Part shown: positions 8,082 through 17,600 of the stretch, in pieces
Layout of the letters: every line of letters begins with the position of its first letter
How positions within the stretch are numbered: the first letter of the stretch is position 1
From: Gammaproteobacteria bacterium
Lineage (GTDB): Bacteria > Pseudomonadota > Gammaproteobacteria > CAJXQU01
Direction: 5' to 3'
NCBI GenBank assembly: GCA_965238175.1
Contig: CBDEGZ010000003.1
Span: 3,072,001 to 3,136,000 of the forward strand
DNA: 64,000 nt
Made by a program: the position numbers and the translations under genes
The notes under the pieces: model-generated
Seen by the model: only the letters and a program-made list of their open reading frames with translations
Told to the model about the DNA's origin: nothing
Database searches by the model: none

Positions 8082-9530
8082 ATGAAAAAGAAATTAACGA
8101 CTAGTGCCGGCTGCCCAGTCGCCAACAACCAAAACATTATGACAGCGGGTCCTCACGGACCACAGTTATTGCAGGATGTATGGTTTTTAGAAAAGCTTGC
8201 ACATTTTGATCGAGAAGTTATTCCTGAAAGGCGAATGCACGCAAAAGGATCTGGTGCTTATGGAACATTTACTGTGACGAATAGCATCACAAAATATACA
8301 CGAGCGAAAATATTCTCGGAAGTCGGAAAGAAAACTGATCTTTTCGCAAGGTTTACCACCGTCGCTGGTGAGCGTGGCGCTGCAGATGCTGAACGTGATA
8401 TTCGTGGCTTCGCGCTTAAGTTCTATACTGAAGAAGGTAACTGGGATTTAGTTGGGAATAATACGCCCGTTTTCTTTTTGCGTGACCCATTGAAATTCCC
8501 AGATCTTAATCATGCTGTAAAACGTGATCCGCGAACTAATATGCGTAGTGCACAAAACAACTGGGATTTTTGGACATCCCTTCCTGAAGCATTGCATCAA
8601 GTGACAATCGTTATGAGCGATAGAGGCCTGCCCAAAACTTATCGCCACATGCATGGTTTCGGTAGCCATACGTTCAGTATGATCAATGCGGGTAATGAGC
8701 GTGTTTGGGTCAAATTTCACTTTAAATCCAACCAAGGTATTGAAAACCTAACTAATCAGGAAGCTGAGGTTGTGATTGGTCAAGATCGCGAAAGTCATCA
8801 AGCAGATTTATATAACGCGATTGAAGAGGGTGATAATCCATCATGGGTTTTGTCTATTCAAGTAATGACTGAAGAGCAGGCTGAGCAGTCACCTTACAAT
8901 CCTTTCGATTTGACCAAAGTGTGGCCGCATGGTGATTATCCACTTATTGAAGTTGGCGTTATGGAGTTGAATAAAAACCCTGAAAACTTCTTTGCAGAAG
9001 TTGAGCAATCTGCCTTCAACCCTGCAAATGTCGTCCCCGGGATCAGTTTTTCTCCTGACAAAATGTTGCAAGGTCGTTTGTTCTCATACGGTGATGCACA
9101 ACGATATCGTTTGGGCGTAAACCATAATCAGATCCCTGTGAATGCACCTCGCTGCCCGGTTCATAATTATCACCGTGATGGAGCAATGCGTGTTGATGGG
9201 AATCAGGGAAGTACGATTGGTTATGAACCAAATAGTCAGGGCGAATGGCAGGAGCAACCTGATTATTCGGAACCACCAATGAATTTGTCAGGTGCGGCGG
9301 CACGTTGGGATCACCGTGAAGACGATGATTATTATTCACAACCGGGCAATTTGTTCAGACTGATGAGTGACGAAAAGAAGGAAGCTTTATTTAATAATAC
9401 TGCTGCTTCTGCTGGTGGGGCTTCAGTCGAAGTTCAAAAACGACATATCAGTAACTGCTTAAAAGCTGATCCAGCATATGGCGCTGGTGTAGCAAAGGCA
9501 CTTGGCCTTTCTATTGATGACGTTGAATAA
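8082..9530 (+). CDS. katA: Monofunctional heme catalase (small-subunit type)
   Basis: [18 protein letters not shown] active-site signature and RLFSYGDAQ heme-ligand signature; 482 aa. Confidence 0.97.
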   Translation: MKKKLTTSAGCPVANNQNIMTAGPHGPQLLQDVWFLEKLAHFDREVIPERRMHAKGSGAYGTFTVTNSITKYTRAKIFSEVGKKTDLFARFTTVAGERGAADAERDIRGFALKFYTEEGNWDLVGNNTPVFFLRDPLKFPDLNHAVKRDPRTNMRSAQNNWDFWTSLPEALHQVTIVMSDRGLPKTYRHMHGFGSHTFSMINAGNERVWVKFHFKSNQGIENLTNQEAEVVIGQDRESHQADLYNAIEEGDNPSWVLSIQVMTEEQAEQSPYNPFDLTKVWPHGDYPLIEVGVMELNKNPENFFAEVEQSAFNPANVVPGISFSPDKMLQGRLFSYGDAQRYRLGVNHNQIPVNAPRCPVHNYHRDGAMRVDGNQGSTIGYEPNSQGEWQEQPDYSEPPMNLSGAAARWDHREDDDYYSQPGNLFRLMSDEKKEALFNNTAASAGGASVEVQKRHISNCLKADPAYGAGVAKALGLSIDDVE

Positions 9531-9571
9531 TAACTCGTCATGAGACTTAACCAGATAATTGAAGTTATAGT

Positions 9572-9612
9572 GGACGAGTTATTACTGTTTTATAAACGAT
9601 AACAACTCGTCC
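9572..9612. terminator. Hairpin downstream of katA (possible terminator)
   Basis: GGACGAGTT ... AACTCGTCC stem with further imperfect inner pairing; no clear U-tract. Confidence 0.4.
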
Positions 9613-9835
9613 GTCTCAATTGATGAATATAGGCCACGGCTTGAAAATGCTTTTGTTTTTTCTTCGAGAAGAAGGCTTAAGACAAGAAATTTATATATCG
9701 AAACAATAAATGGGTTTGATGATAAAACACAAGAAGAATCTTGAAACAAAAAGTGCATCTAGAGAAATGAATTGCCTTAAAAAAACTTGAACACTTGATT
9801 AAACTAGAAAAGGTTTACCCTAATTGACTATCAAG

Positions 9836-11061
9836 TGTAGAAGTTTAGACCCAATCTGACACATCACTAAATCAAGCGGAGCGTAGCGACGCTTGATTTA
9901 GTGAGAGTTACCCGCTTTGATGTAACTGCAACGTAAACATCAAAACACAAAGAGGTAACTCTCATGATTCATACTAATGACAAAGTTATAAAACATAAAG
10001 TTGGTCTACTCAATCTCGCTGAAGAACTCGGCAATGTCTCAAAAGCCTGCAAGATGATGGGTTTGTCCAGAGATACATTTTATCGCTACAAAGAAGCGGC
10101 TGATGAAGGCGGTGTAGAAGCCTTGTTTGATCGTAATCGGCGTACCCCAAATCTTAAAAACAGAATCGACCCGGCTATTGAAACCGTTGTGCTCGAGTAT
10201 GCACTGGAAGAGCCCGCACATGGTCAAACGCGCACCAGTAACGAGCTGCGCAAACGGGGAACATTTGTCTCACCCAGTGGCGTTCGTTGTATCTGGCTTC
10301 GTCATGGTCTTGCTTGCTTTAAAGATCGCCTGAAGGCATTGTCTGATAAGGTAGCTGGTGAAGGCTTGATCCTCACTGAGTCTCAAGTCGCGGCGATGGA
10401 ACGCAAGAAAGACGACGATGAGGCTTGTGGCGAGATAGAGACGGCACACCCTGGTTATCTTGGCTCGCAAGATACTTACTATGTCGGTACTTTCAAAGGC
10501 ATTGGTCGGGTTTATCAACAAACGTTTGTTGATACTTACAGCAAGGTCGCTCACGCGAAACTGTACCCGACTAAAACACCGATTACGGCAGCTGACATGC
10601 TCAATGACCGCGTCCTCCCATTCTACGAACAACAACGTTTGCCTATGTTGCGCATTTTGACAGATAGAGGGACGGAGTATTGTGGGCGAGCTGACCAGCA
10701 TGATTATCAGCTTTATATGGCGTTGAACAATATCGAACACACCAAAACCAAGGTCAAATCACCTCAGACGAATGGTATTTGTGAGCGATTCCATAAGACG
10801 ATCCTCAATGAGTTTTATCAAGTCGCTTTGCGTAAGAAAATTTACCAATCGATTGATGAACTGCAACTCGACCTTGACGAATGGTTGCTCAAATACAATA
10901 CTCAACGAACTCACCAAGGCAAAATGTGCTGCGGGAGGACGCCGATGGAAACACTCATCGACGGACAAGCTATCTGGAAGGAAAAGTTTGTGAATTAAAC
11001 TTAACCTGACAGTCGGTTACTGATAATTGGGTAACTGTCAGATCAAATCTGAATTTCTACA
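9836..11061 (+). mobile_element. IS481-family insertion sequence, copy 2 (1226 bp)
   Basis: Near-identical to 255-1480; 7-bp target duplication TATCAAG at 9829-9835 and 11062-11068. Confidence 0.95.
9964..10998 (+). CDS. IS481-family DDE transposase
   Basis: Differs from 383-1417 at 2 residues (EEQ/EQQ, FLN/FVN). Confidence 0.95.
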   Translation: MIHTNDKVIKHKVGLLNLAEELGNVSKACKMMGLSRDTFYRYKEAADEGGVEALFDRNRRTPNLKNRIDPAIETVVLEYALEEPAHGQTRTSNELRKRGTFVSPSGVRCIWLRHGLACFKDRLKALSDKVAGEGLILTESQVAAMERKKDDDEACGEIETAHPGYLGSQDTYYVGTFKGIGRVYQQTFVDTYSKVAHAKLYPTKTPITAADMLNDRVLPFYEQQRLPMLRILTDRGTEYCGRADQHDYQLYMALNNIEHTKTKVKSPQTNGICERFHKTILNEFYQVALRKKIYQSIDELQLDLDEWLLKYNTQRTHQGKMCCGRTPMETLIDGQAIWKEKFVN

Positions 11062-11353
11062 TATCAAGTGCAGTGGAAATTTTATCCTGCACCCGTTGCA
11101 ATGCATCTTGAAAATCTTCTGAAACACCCTGATTTCCATTCTTATATTCAAGATATTCATGGACAATATTCAGCGCAGCCATCACTACAATTCGTTCACT
11201 TCCAGCAATCTTTCCATTGCTTCTAACTTCCTTCAACTTACCATTTAGAAACTCAACTGATGTGTAGAGCGAATCGCGCTCCTCGTCTGTACATGCAACC
11301 GTATATTCTTTATCTAGTATGCTGACTGTTACGGGTTTTTGCTCTTCGCTCAT
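11057..11353 (-). CDS. zapA: Cell division protein ZapA (last codons replaced by the IS end)
   Basis: VTVSILDKEYTVAC...ERIVVMAALNIVHE motif; downstream of the TIGR02449 gene. Confidence 0.93.
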   Translation of the reverse strand: MSEEQKPVTVSILDKEYTVACTDEERDSLYTSVEFLNGKLKEVRSNGKIAGSERIVVMAALNIVHEYLEYKNGNQGVSEDFQDALQRVQDKISTALDM

Positions 11354-11583
11354 GTCCGAGTTTCCATAGATTTAAGACGTGAAATCATTGCTTCTACACG
11401 GGTTCGCGCTAGTTCCGTTTTTTCAATCAAATCAGCTCTTTCTACCGCTAGCGCACCTTGCTGTTGACGCAAGGCCTCATTCTCTGCACTCAGGTTTTCT
11501 ATGGTCTGGATAAGTTGATCTACTTTTAATTCTAACGCTAAAAGATCCATCGGCTCCCTATTACTATCGTTATTGTCACTCAT
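11350..11583 (-). CDS. TIGR02449-family (ZapB-like) coiled-coil protein
   Basis: LELKVDQLI...L..EN..LR...L.EK.ELARTRVEAMISRLKSME; overlaps the zapA start. Confidence 0.88.
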   Translation of the reverse strand: MSDNNDSNREPMDLLALELKVDQLIQTIENLSAENEALRQQQGALAVERADLIEKTELARTRVEAMISRLKSMETRT

Positions 11584-11614
11584 TTGTCACTGATCCACTT
11601 AGGATATCATGCAA

Positions 11615-11643
11615 ATCATAGAGGCCACCGATAGATCGGTCAA
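11615..11643 (-). promoter_or_regulatory. Sigma70 promoter for TIGR02449-zapA
   Basis: Minus strand TTGACC-N17-TATGAT, 31 bp upstream of the ATG. Confidence 0.65.
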
Positions 11644-11655
11644 GATCTATCGGTG
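11626..11655. terminator. 12-bp hairpin after the giant gene, overlapping the zapA-operon -35
   Basis: CACCGATAGATC-N6-GATCTATCGGTG perfect stem. Confidence 0.5.
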
Positions 11656-11682
11656 ATTTGTTCTATGTTTTCAGTGGAATAG

Positions 11683-14600
11683 TTACCATTTACCGATAAT
11701 ATCTAGGAACAGACCGTGAACATCGTAGTCCTGGCGAGTCAAATCATCATCAAACTTGGTGAAGTTATAACCCGCACCAACTTTAACGTTATCTCCAAGG
11801 TGACGATATAAACCCAATAATGCACCATGTCGCATATCGTCTTCCGTTTCAGACTGTAACCAACGGTATTCTGCCAGTCCATCCCAATGTTTGATAAAGT
11901 GATACCGTGCACGAACTACGGCTAGCCTTGCACCGGTTTCAAACCATTTACCTTGGTCACGATCTTGCCTGATATCACCACGTTTATAGGCTAATTTGCC
12001 ACCTAATTCCCAATATTCATCTAGATCGTAGAGTCCTTCTAGCGAGAGCACATGACTACGCTCATCATTTGGTCGTCGGGTAGATATCTGACCTTCGCTG
12101 GGCAGATCAAACAAGAAGCTATATTTAGCCAGTATATTCAGCTTGTCGTTAAATGTCGGTCGATATGCAGCACCGAAATCCAACTCCGTAAACTTGCCAT
12201 CTTTACGGCTATCGTCATCATCATTCGTCACAGAGAAGTTTAATTTACCTAACCACCTAAGACTCGGATCTTGCTTCCATTCGATGGCATTACTGGTTAG
12301 CCATTGTGTTGCGTTAACAGAACCTTCATCCTTTCTATATTCCAGTCGAGTGCTACCTTGCACACCATCTGATCCATACTGGGCTCCGACACTAAGAACA
12401 TCACGTTCAATATCTTCAGCACCTGTTACATCTAGATTACTGGATTGCATGGATGCAGAAAGACTCCAGGCATCGCTCAAGGCAAAGTCCAAACCATATA
12501 CCTTACTGACGCCGTCTTGAAGATCACTTTCAACAAACTGGTTCTCGCTAAACAATTTCAAACCATTTGCATATTCCCGACGACTACCCATCGTTAAGGT
12601 TGATCGTTTGCTGCCTGTTCGATCAGGATCTATTGCATAAGTACCGTACAAATCCACACCACTTGCGGTTGTATAGTTAGCGCCAACTTGACTTGTAGCT
12701 CCATCACCAAAACCACTGGATAATGAAAGCGTGGTCTTATCATTTACTGCATATTCAACACCTGCAACATAGGCATTTCCACGATCTCCGACACTGACCT
12801 CACCTTTCAATGCAAGCCGATCATTAACCTGAGTTGTCACACCCACTGTTGCCATATCATTGTCGTCATAATCATCCTTTTCAGAGAGCGTACCTTGTAG
12901 CGCACCGTACATCCGTGTCTGCTCCGTGAAGAAGTATTCCGCACTGACACCCAATAAATTTGCTGATCCATCTTCTCCGGTCAGAAAATCATCAATATCT
13001 TCATGTCGAATTTCGGCACCAACGGCAAATTCATTTGTGACTGCATAATCGCCTTGCAGACTTAGGTTTGTTTCTTTGCTTAAACCGTCTCTATCGTAAA
13101 CCGTTCCTCGTCCTGATATTGTCAGGTTTTCAGTCGCTTGAATTTGTCCTTCAAGACCAGCATCTAAAGTGTCAATACCGTTATCAACACGCGCGGCCGA
13201 GAAACCGGAATCCCGATCTTTATACCAAACTTCAAGTCGGCCATCTGTTTTACCTTCCGTCACTTCGGTTAAATTAACTTTACCTTCGATACTAAAGGCT
13301 CTGCCATCAACTCTATCATTACCATTAACCGGGTTTTTATCACTAAACGACAAACCTCCATCTAGAGATTGAGAATCACTATCCGTCTGACGTGCATCTG
13401 TCTTCGCGTATTCCCCTTTTACGTATGTTCCCTTACCAAGTTTCAGAGTCACATCTGTACCATGCATTCGATAATCACTATCATCACGATTTTCCTTAAC
13501 CACCGTTGCACCAAGTGCTAAATTATCAGTAACCCAAACCTTACTTCGCCCACCGGCAGTTATCTTGTCAGCTTCAAAACCATCCGCTACGAATTCATAA
13601 TCTGATAACAAGTAAACATTGTTACCTTCCAACGGACGATCTTTTATGATTGCTGGCGCTGAATTATTGGCAACCTGAGTCAGAGGACGACTGAGAATTA
13701 GACGTCCTTGAATATAATCAATCTCATAGTCTCGACCTTCTTCAAGGGTGATATTTTCGAGCACTCTTTCTGTATCTTTAGCCCTTATTTCAACCCAGAC
13801 TTTTTCTGATCCCTGAACAATATCTTTATCTCTCAGGTAATAGAGACTACCGCCAGTTGCACTAAATTCATTATGTGCAAATGAAGTTTGCGCTTCTGAT
13901 CCAAAACCATTGAGTTCAACTTTATGATCTCCAAATTTTGTTGTATTCACAGAACGATGTTGCAACTGAACACCATAGAGGCTGCGATCATATTGGGCAA
14001 ACTCATTACCCGTGAATCCAGTATGATAATTACCCCAGACGAAATGCGACTTATCCCAATCAACCCGAACATAGGCAGCACCTTGGGTATCAACATCACT
14101 TATCGTTGTCGAATCATCACCATAAATTGGATAAAACCTATCTGAATCTAATCGACGGAAGATCCGACTTGGATCTTTTCTCTCAAGATTGGAGCCGATA
14201 TTTTTCAGTTCATCTTCAGTCGTATCAATCTGTGCCGTGATCAAATATTTACCTTTGATTTTTCCTTTTAAGTACATGGCAAGCCGACCATCGACGAAAA
14301 TTTCCTCATCAAAATGATCATCGACTTCTAACGGTGATGCATTTCCTGAAACGCTATTATTTCCTATCGTCATGTTCGCAAGACCAACGAGGAACATATA
14401 CTTACCCGTCACATCAATCGGTACCGCATACGCCCACTTTTCTTCAGTCGAAGTTTCTAATTCCAGATCAAAAGTATGTTGGCCCGGTGGTAAATGTTGT
14501 TCGATCACAAAGGTATTGTTCTCAGCAACAGGTACTTCAACACCATCAACCATCAATTTATGATTTTTGTTGAGATCAACACCATGCAGTCTAACTCGAC

Positions 14601-17600
14601 TACCATGAACAGGAATTGTCTGGCGTGCAAGTTGTGATTTACCATAAATCGCTAAACCATCTGCGATTTGAGCATTTCTTATCAAATCTGCATCGATCGT
14701 TTTCAAGAACTGTGGCGCTGTTTCATCCATATGTCCTTCGGCATCATAGGTTCGTAATACGTAAGTCAATGGAGCTCCTGTTTCATAACGTTGCCCATTA
14801 AAACCTTCCCCATCCCAAGTAACCTTGTCCATGAAGCTAATATCATTGCCTCTTAAAGTCGCGATTGGTTGAACCATATCTCGATCAGAATCAGCAAAAA
14901 TAGCCAATTCCCAGTGATCAATAAAATGCTTGTAGTTACTGTACAAACTAAAGGTCACAGGTTCAGCCACTGATCCATCATTGATGATCAACGCGCTATG
15001 CGCCATGATTGACAGTCGCGGATCATTTGCAGCTGGATCTTCGACTGCCCAGATTGCGCCTCCGTCAGGTAAAAGGATCCTACTGTCACCTGGTTTACTG
15101 GCGACGAACACTTTTTTCTCAACTGTTCTTTCTTCAATTATGTCGTAGTGAACTTCAATTTCTGATCGCCGATTTAATTGCATTCCTTCTGGCGTTTCAT
15201 TTGTCGCCGCCGGCTCATTAAAGGAACGACCAGATGTCGTGATACTACCTTTTGATAATCCCATTCGTTGTTCAAAAATTCTGGCCGTTTTTGCTGCCCG
15301 AGCTTCTGATAAGCCTTGATTATCGCGATATTTTCTGGCAGTAGCCGGCGCGAGTCGTTGCGTATCGGTATGCCCAACAATATGTACGCGTATGTTCGGT
15401 TTATCACTGAGTAAATAGAGAACTTCCTGAAGTTGTTTTATGTGTTCAGGACGAATAAATGATTTACCAGAATCAAAATAAATCGGATCGACCACATTGG
15501 AAAGTTTAACTACCTCTTCCTTCACTGTCTCCTGAACCTCCGGTCGACCGGCTAATGTAAGTCGACCCGGTTCAGGCAACTTGACGGCAAAATTGAATTT
15601 CGACACCAAGGCCTGAGTAATACGCAAAACACGCGGATTTTCACTTACAAATACTGTTCCTTCCGGCAAAGTTGCTGGATCAACTTTGACAATATAATTA
15701 CGTCCTCGATCCAGTCGTCCACCATCAATATCAGCAATGTGGTATCGACCATAACGATCAGTTTCGATCAGTAATCCTTCCACTGTTGCAAGACGAACGC
15801 CGGGGATCCCTTCTTCGCCTTTATCCTGTACACCATTACTATTTCGATCGTCAAAAACTTTACCTATAATAGTGGTCTTTTGTAGTATTGGATCTTGAAT
15901 AATCCGTACCTTTGCAGTCGCCTGGTTACTCACCGGCCCACCAAAGAATAATGCGATTGCGGTATTCACATATTCGCCTGCAACTACACCCGTCGATACA
16001 CGTGTAAAGTACGCGATTTGGATTGCCTCACCGGGAGCAAAACTAAGCCCGCCGAAGTTGATCGGATCAACCCCCGTTGGGTTAATGATCGTCTTCAGAT
16101 CATCGAGTGTTCCCAGCTCACCATCAGCACCTTCTCTGATCAATAATGCTGATTCCGGTACATAACGGAAACCACCGGGTAGATCATCTTGAATATCAAT
16201 ATTGTCCAGATTATTTGATGTAGTATTTTCAGCTTCTAGCGTATAGAAAACAATATCGCCAATAACCGCTTCAGATCGGTCCGCTCTTTTCGATAATAAA
16301 ATTGAGCCGGTTGTTGCCAGTGGATCGATCGGAATATGATTATTGATCACGTCCTGATCACCAGCTTCTAGTGCCCAGGTATAGAAATATCTTGTTGCAT
16401 CTCCTGCTTGTGGTGGTGTTGCCTGTGCTTGTAAGTTACACGGCGGACCTGTGGTTGCATCACCCGGACACGTGGTGGCATCCAGTGCACCTGCCTCTGA
16501 AAGAATTGTTGTTGAGGGTTGTATAAAACCACCAGGAATTGTCGTCAATCTGACCCTGTAATCACCTGCCAGTAGAGTACATCCAGCGACACCAAGTTGT
16601 AGATCAAATCGATATTGTCCATTTGCTGATGTTACTTGTCCCGATTGTCCTGGTAATAAACAGGCCGTCGGCACAACATTGTTAGAACTGTCAACAAGAT
16701 CGATCCCCACTCCCGGCACTGGAGCTCTAGTAACAGTGTTATAGATGACTCCGCTAGGATCAACCGGTATCGGAACATTCACAACCGTGGCATTTGGAAT
16801 AGGTATTGTCTCTCTATAGAAAGTCACTCCCTGAGGTGTAATAGCATCAATAGTGAAATTTCCTGGTGTAAGACCTGTAAAATCAAACAAACCATCTGCT
16901 GTAGTGACCAGCGTTCCCACAGTATTCCCATTACTATCTCTAGCAATAATGGTCCATCCTTCCAATGGGTTTTCAGTACTTCCTAATTGATCGTTCCCAT
17001 CCGTATCTAGCCATACAACACCGGTTATACCGGTAGTGTAAGTAATAGGCGTTGGATCATCACTCCCAGTTGTGTCACCAGGTGCTCCCGGATTAGTTGT
17101 AGTTGGGTCAACTCCACTATCAGAAAGATCGGTAATAAAAGAACCTGGAGCCGCAACGTCTTCACCCGTAATTCTAGCCTGATTGGTTAAAGGGTTAGGA
17201 ATACCACTTGCTTGAGGGTTTATTAGTACGGAAAAATCAAAAGTTATCTGCTGACCAGCATCCAACCGCCCTGATGTACCATCAAATAAATTCGGTAGAC
17301 TATTAGTAATATTAGGATTTGTTGTAGCAGTGCTTGATACAATGGTAGAGCTTCCTGTCTCATAAGCGACAAAGGCGCTCCCAAATTGAGTCGAGACATC
17401 GTCAACCAAACTTAAATTATTAAGGTTCAGCACCCCTGTATTTTGTATGACGAGGCGGAATCTGAGCCGAAGATTACTACCTACCTGTGTGACTTCTGCT
17501 ACTTCTTTAGTTAACGAAATTGCTGAGCTTACTGCAAGTATAATTTGGGTTGGATCATTTTCTGAACTGTTGCCGCCTAAAGAGATTGTTTCCGACGGAT

